Shown here piece by piece: positions 60,164-64,000 of a stretch of DNA of 64,000 nt (position 1 is its first letter; every line of letters starts with the position of its first letter). The position numbers and the translations under genes were made by a program. This DNA comes from a virus. The notes under the pieces were generated by a model. That model ran no database searches. It was not told the DNA's origin and saw only the letters and a list, made by a program, of their open reading frames with translations. Where the stretch lies: IMG/VR virus record IMGVR_UViG_3300017752_002639, positions 7,919 to 71,918 of that record, one strand, 5' to 3'.

Positions 60164-61312
60164 TTAGTTACAGTCTGCCCAAGCACTGCCTGTATAAACT
60201 TGTAATTTAGTGTTTGTTGTATTAAACACTGTCATACCAGCGGCTGGTGTTGGAATTGCCGCATCACGTGCCGCATCATCTGCATATACTGGATTTTGGA
60301 AAGCACCTGTTGCACTTGCTACACCTCTTGAATTAACTTCAAACTGTGGAACAATAGTACCATCAAAGTTTTCACCTAATATTACAAACTTAGCTGGTAA
60401 TGAAGCAGTACCTGTTACTGTATCAATTTGTGTTGCTAAACCAATTTTTGGATCAGCGGAGCCTGCTGTTAAACCAGTAGTAACATAAGCACCAACAAAG
60501 TCACCTACTTGTACATCTGCTGGAGCCGCTACAGTTCCTCTTGTAGCATTCATTACTGTTAGTGCTGATGAAAATACATCGCCTTCAACACCTGAATAAT
60601 TTAATGTTATTTCTGTTGCATTTATTCTTAAAGGAAACGTACCGTTTGAAACACTAATGTCTTGGGAAAAAATCTTTAATTGTTCTGGAGTTTCAAATGC
60701 TCCATTTACTGCATCAACTAGTTGAGTTGTGCTGTCATCCATAAATACTGAACCAGTAAGATCGCCGTCAATGGTAGCGGCTGTAACACCTGTTACATTT
60801 ATTGTATCTGTAGAACCATTATAAATGACTGTACTATTTTCACTTACAATACTTTCTTTAACAGTGATATTGTTTGCTGTAAGAGTTTCGTCTGCTACAA
60901 TGTCTCTAATGTAAGCATTAGCCCATGGTCTATTAGGAGTACCAAGATCATAAGCATTTGCAGTTGCAGGACGTAAAGAACTAGTTATTAAAGCACCAAC
61001 ATTTAATTGGTCACCACCACTGTTATCACCTAAGTTAACAGTTCCACTTGCTGTAATAGTGCCGTCAATGTTAATATTACCTATTCCAGTAATATCGTTT
61101 CCGTTTAAATCTAAGCCACCGCCTAGTTGTGGTGTTGTATCATTAACAAGGTCAAAGTTACTTTGATCCTGTGGACCTATTAATGTTCCACCTTGTGTTG
61201 CTCCGTCGCCTACAAATAACTTCTTTGTATCTGTAACGTAGACAGGTTCGCCTTGGGCAGGTACAATAGTCTGCCTTTCTGCGTCCGTTCCTCGTCTAAT
61301 CCTTAATGCCAT
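60164..61312 (-). CDS. Tail fibre/virion protein with an Mtd-N (hyaluronidase-like) N-terminal domain
   Basis: 'LRIRRGTDAER....AQGEP.YVTDTKKLFVGDG...GG' N-terminus; 'LVNDTTPQLGGGLDLNG'; C-terminal 'GMTVFNTTNTKLQVYTGSAW'. Confidence 0.72.
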   Translation of the reverse strand: MALRIRRGTDAERQTIVPAQGEPVYVTDTKKLFVGDGATQGGTLIGPQDQSNFDLVNDTTPQLGGGLDLNGNDITGIGNINIDGTITASGTVNLGDNSGGDQLNVGALITSSLRPATANAYDLGTPNRPWANAYIRDIVADETLTANNITVKESIVSENSTVIYNGSTDTINVTGVTAATIDGDLTGSVFMDDSTTQLVDAVNGAFETPEQLKIFSQDISVSNGTFPLRINATEITLNYSGVEGDVFSSALTVMNATRGTVAAPADVQVGDFVGAYVTTGLTAGSADPKIGLATQIDTVTGTASLPAKFVILGENFDGTIVPQFEVNSRGVASATGAFQNPVYADDAARDAAIPTPAAGMTVFNTTNTKLQVYTGSAWADCN

Positions 61313-61341
61313 TGATATACTCCTGGTTTGTTCTTACTAAG

Positions 61342-61348
61342 TATTTAT
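61342..61348 (-). promoter_or_regulatory. Late promoter ATAAATA for the 61312 gene
   Basis: Minus strand GATAAATAC...CAGGAG...ATG. Confidence 0.6.
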
Positions 61349-61366
61349 CATCTTTTGCAAAAGCTA

Positions 61367-61690
61367 TCATTTACGCTTTTTCATAAAAGTTGCAGTACGT
61401 TTTTTAATATCGCGCTTTAACCGTTCAGTATCTAGCCTAAAATCTACATTTACTATTACATCTTGATACTGTTCAAAAAGTTCATCTAGTGTTGCTTCTA
61501 AATTATCTTCAGCACTTTTCTCTATGCTTTTTGCAACATCTATATCCCATATCTTGCCGTCATCAAATTCGACTCGAATGGTGTGTAAATATTCTAAAGG
61601 CACTACATCAATATTGATGTGTTCAAAGACCTCAGGCCAGTGATCAACAACTTCTTTTGGTAAAATTGAGTCAGATGTTCTTTTAGGCAC
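61367..61690 (-). CDS. Hypothetical protein
   Basis: GTG 61690, overlapping the upstream stop, is preferred over ATG 61738; acidic 107-aa protein. Confidence 0.6.
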   Translation of the reverse strand: MPKRTSDSILPKEVVDHWPEVFEHINIDVVPLEYLHTIRVEFDDGKIWDIDVAKSIEKSAEDNLEATLDELFEQYQDVIVNVDFRLDTERLKRDIKKRTATFMKKRK

Positions 61691-62300
61691 TTTCTTTGGT
61701 CTTTTTCGTCTTGCTAGTCTTAGCAGGCGATAAACCATCAGCTTGTTTACGAAGTTTTTGTGCTTCTTTAAACATAGCGTCAGCTTGTGACCGATATTGA
61801 GCCGCTAGTTGCTCATCTGTTAGTACACCTTCATCTGCAACATCAGCTACAGGTTGAGCGTCTTCTACAATTTCCATTTTCTTTTCAACTGGTTTGTCCC
61901 CGCGTGTTGCGTTAGGTTGAATAGCTAAATCGTCTATTGATACACCTTTATGTTCGGCAATCATTTTATTCAGCTCTGAAAGGTTGATAACAGTTTTACT
62001 ATCTGGAGTCATTTCAACTTCAGAAGTTTTTGCTTTTACCATTTTACCAGTTTTATGAAATGCTTCTAACATATTACGTCCATCTGGTAATACTGTACGC
62101 ATCATAGAATCTGAAAGTTCTTCAGCAGTTTGACCAGCATTTGATTCTACTAATTTCATTAGTGCATCATGCTCGTCTGCCATTAAATTTTCAGTTGTTA
62201 CGACTACACAGCTCTCAGCATCGCCAGGTAATGTGCGATATGCTACAACTATTCGTCTTTGATTTCGAACCATACGTCCGACATGTTTTAAATTAGCCAT
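61683..62300 (-). CDS. Hypothetical protein
   Basis: ATG 62300 with a GGAG ribosome-binding site (MANLKHVG...); basic C-terminal tail. Confidence 0.65.
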   Translation of the reverse strand: MANLKHVGRMVRNQRRIVVAYRTLPGDAESCVVVTTENLMADEHDALMKLVESNAGQTAEELSDSMMRTVLPDGRNMLEAFHKTGKMVKAKTSEVEMTPDSKTVINLSELNKMIAEHKGVSIDDLAIQPNATRGDKPVEKKMEIVEDAQPVADVADEGVLTDEQLAAQYRSQADAMFKEAQKLRKQADGLSPAKTSKTKKTKESA

Positions 62301-62544
62301 TGGCTTTCTCCTGTGTCGCATCTTCTTTAGGTGCGTTCTCTTGCTGTTGCTTTTGCACGGCCGCTAAGAAAGTGTCTAGTTTGGTATATACTTGACCAAC
62401 TGTCATCATTTCGTTAGGTTTAAATGCACCGCGTTGACTTGCAACATCAATGATTTGTTTAATAGATCCTAGATCTTGTACTGTTAACTCTGCAGGCGCT
62501 TGTTCGGCTTTATTATCTACAGTGTTAGTTGTTTCTTCAGACAT
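62293..62544 (-). CDS. Hypothetical small protein
   Basis: AAGGAG ribosome-binding site; late-promoter core at 62580-62585 upstream. Confidence 0.7.
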   Translation of the reverse strand: MSEETTNTVDNKAEQAPAELTVQDLGSIKQIIDVASQRGAFKPNEMMTVGQVYTKLDTFLAAVQKQQQENAPKEDATQEKANG

Positions 62545-62579
62545 TGTGTTCTCCTTAATAACTTAATAAAGTACGTATA

Positions 62580-62585
62580 TATTTA
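62580..62585 (-). promoter_or_regulatory. Late promoter core TAAATA overlapping the stop codon of 62583-62861
   Basis: Minus strand AAGTAAATATATAC upstream of the 62544 gene. Confidence 0.45.
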
Positions 62586-62861
62586 CTTGTATTTTAAATG
62601 TGGACACGCCAAAGTGAAATAAGATAGTTCTTTTGGTTCTTCAAAACCTATGCGTAAAAACGGAACTACTTTATCTTCACTGTCGATATCCAATGTTCTA
62701 CCTATGTAGAACCTGTGTTTCATGTGCATTTCAATCCACTTAGCAATAGCACCATCAGTGTTATATGGTACTGGTATAGTCATGTATTCAAAGTGCTTTG
62801 GGGGCTTTGAAACTTGACGTATGCCAAATAAATTTAATGCGTTAGGTGTTTTTAACTTCAA
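62583..62861 (-). CDS. Hypothetical protein
   Basis: 92-aa ORF coupled (ATGA overlap) to the VWA gene. Confidence 0.65.
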   Translation of the reverse strand: MKLKTPNALNLFGIRQVSKPPKHFEYMTIPVPYNTDGAIAKWIEMHMKHRFYIGRTLDIDSEDKVVPFLRIGFEEPKELSYFTLACPHLKYK

Positions 62862-64000
62862 GCCGCGACCTCATAATGTGCAGTTTGACCAAATGGTGCC
62901 TGTAAGTTTTTATCACGGTTTGAATGAATAACAAAGACTGTATCACAGTAGTCTGGATCGCCCCAGCTATCCCATGCATAGCCATCTGTAAACATAATGA
63001 GTTTCTTAGGAACATAATTCTGTTCTTTCATGTATGTCCAATTAGCCATAAAGTCAGTACCGCCACCACCAAAGATTTCGTATTCAGTTAGGTCTTCACC
63101 ACCGTCTGCTGTAAAATCTTTTTCATTGTATACCGCAGTATCAAAACACCATACTTTAATTTTATAGTCTTGGTATTCATCCATAATGCCTTTAATTTCG
63201 CCTAAGAAGTCTTCGCCTTGTTTTGTTCCAATTGAACCAGACATATCAATTGCAATAGCAACATCAATTGTTTGTGCAAAATTCATACTAGGTAATACTG
63301 CACCTGTCATTTGTGCTTTACGTGAAGGACGACTAAATGTGTAATCGCTTTTAATAGTTGACTGTATTTGCTCACGTAGCAATTCACGCCAGTTCATTTT
63401 AGGTTCTGTAAGTTCTTTGATCATACGTGCAACGCCAGACGGAATATTTCCTGCACCAGCAGTTTGTGCGGCACTTATCATATTCTCTTTTATTTCGTCT
63501 TTGATCTTTTTCATTTCTTCTTTAGAGTACTTTGGCTTTTTCTTAGAAACGTTGTTGCCGTTTGCATCAGTTTCTTCGCCATTGTCATTATCTGCACCTG
63601 ACGATCCATCTTCTTTACCGTCTAAGTGTTCGTCTAACATTTCGCCAAGTTGGTCTAAAAAGTCCTGTCCTTGCTGTTTTGCAATTTCAAACAGTTCGTC
63701 ATATATTTCTTCAGACGTCCATTCTTCGTATTTAAAGTCTTGATAGCAATCAATAAAGCTAGGCTTAGTACCAATACGATCACGCATTAGTGTATTGTTT
63801 ACTTTATAGTCAGCGGCAATATTATAAAGCATAGGATGTCGATCGCCTCTACGTGTAAGGTGATCAAATACCATATGTAAAATTTCGTGTGCAATAACAA
63901 ATTCAATTTCTTTGTTATTCATTGCGTTAAAGAATTGTGTATTATAATAAAGGTTGCGTCCGTCTACAGCCGCAGTGCCTAACCAATCATCAGCGGCAAG
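62858..64000 (-). CDS. VWA-like domain / HExxH putative metallopeptidase (DUF2201-type), 5' truncated by the window
   Basis: 'VIAHEILH', 'YNIAADY', MIDAS 'IDMSGS', 'GGGTDF', 'FTDG'; frame is open to base 64000. Confidence 0.8.
   Translation of the reverse strand, partial: LAADDWLGTAAVDGRNLYYNTQFFNAMNNKEIEFVIAHEILHMVFDHLTRRGDRHPMLYNIAADYKVNNTLMRDRIGTKPSFIDCYQDFKYEEWTSEEIYDELFEIAKQQGQDFLDQLGEMLDEHLDGKEDGSSGADNDNGEETDANGNNVSKKKPKYSKEEMKKIKDEIKENMISAAQTAGAGNIPSGVARMIKELTEPKMNWRELLREQIQSTIKSDYTFSRPSRKAQMTGAVLPSMNFAQTIDVAIAIDMSGSIGTKQGEDFLGEIKGIMDEYQDYKIKVWCFDTAVYNEKDFTADGGEDLTEYEIFGGGGTDFMANWTYMKEQNYVPKKLIMFTDGYAWDSWGDPDYCDTVFVIHSNRDKNLQAPFGQTAHYEVAA

Noticed and set aside
61352-61363. Perfect 12-bp palindrome CTTTTGCAAAAG upstream of the fibre late promoter
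   Set aside because: Single copy, AT-rich, with no loop or U-tract; could be chance, though a weak operator cannot be excluded.
1-64000. tRNA, rRNA, CRISPR arrays, IS elements, DGR
   Set aside because: Intergenic gaps are under 65 nt; no cloverleafs, repeat-spacer arrays, transposases or reverse transcriptase were seen.
1-64000. Avoidance of GATC, GANTC, GGCC, CCGG, CCWGG or GGWCC
   Set aside because: All of these were seen repeatedly by eye; only GCWGC stood out as depleted.

Overview
A 64-kb, AT-rich, densely coding segment of a large T4-like myovirus (jumbo-phage type). It carries T4-style late promoters (TAAATA/TATAAATA). I found no rRNA, tRNA, CRISPR array, transposase, intron or intein. 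Bases 1-30,339 are a tail module: a hub protein (partial), gp5-, gp25- and gp6-like baseplate genes, a 5,230-aa baseplate/adhesin protein, three tail fibres sharing an N-terminal module, and two paralogous structural proteins. Bases 30,397-60,101 are a ~30-kb enzyme island. It holds 13 radical SAM enzymes, at least 4 GT-A glycosyltransferase-like proteins, an SGNH-fold protein, a SAM methyltransferase, a QueC-like PP-loop enzyme, 5 2OG-Fe(II) oxygenases, an SDR and 2 degenerate kinase-like proteins. This island is the main candidate for an undescribed system; its product is unknown (virion glycan, host surface or DNA modification). After it come an Mtd-N-type fibre gene, several hypothetical genes and a partial VWA/HExxH protein. 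Non-coding signals: near-total avoidance of GCWGC, palindromic back-to-back late promoters that appear to give leaderless mRNAs, two near-perfect sigma70 promoters, and a hairpin that hides a ribosome-binding site and has a late promoter in its loop. All family assignments come from motifs read by eye; no database search was run.
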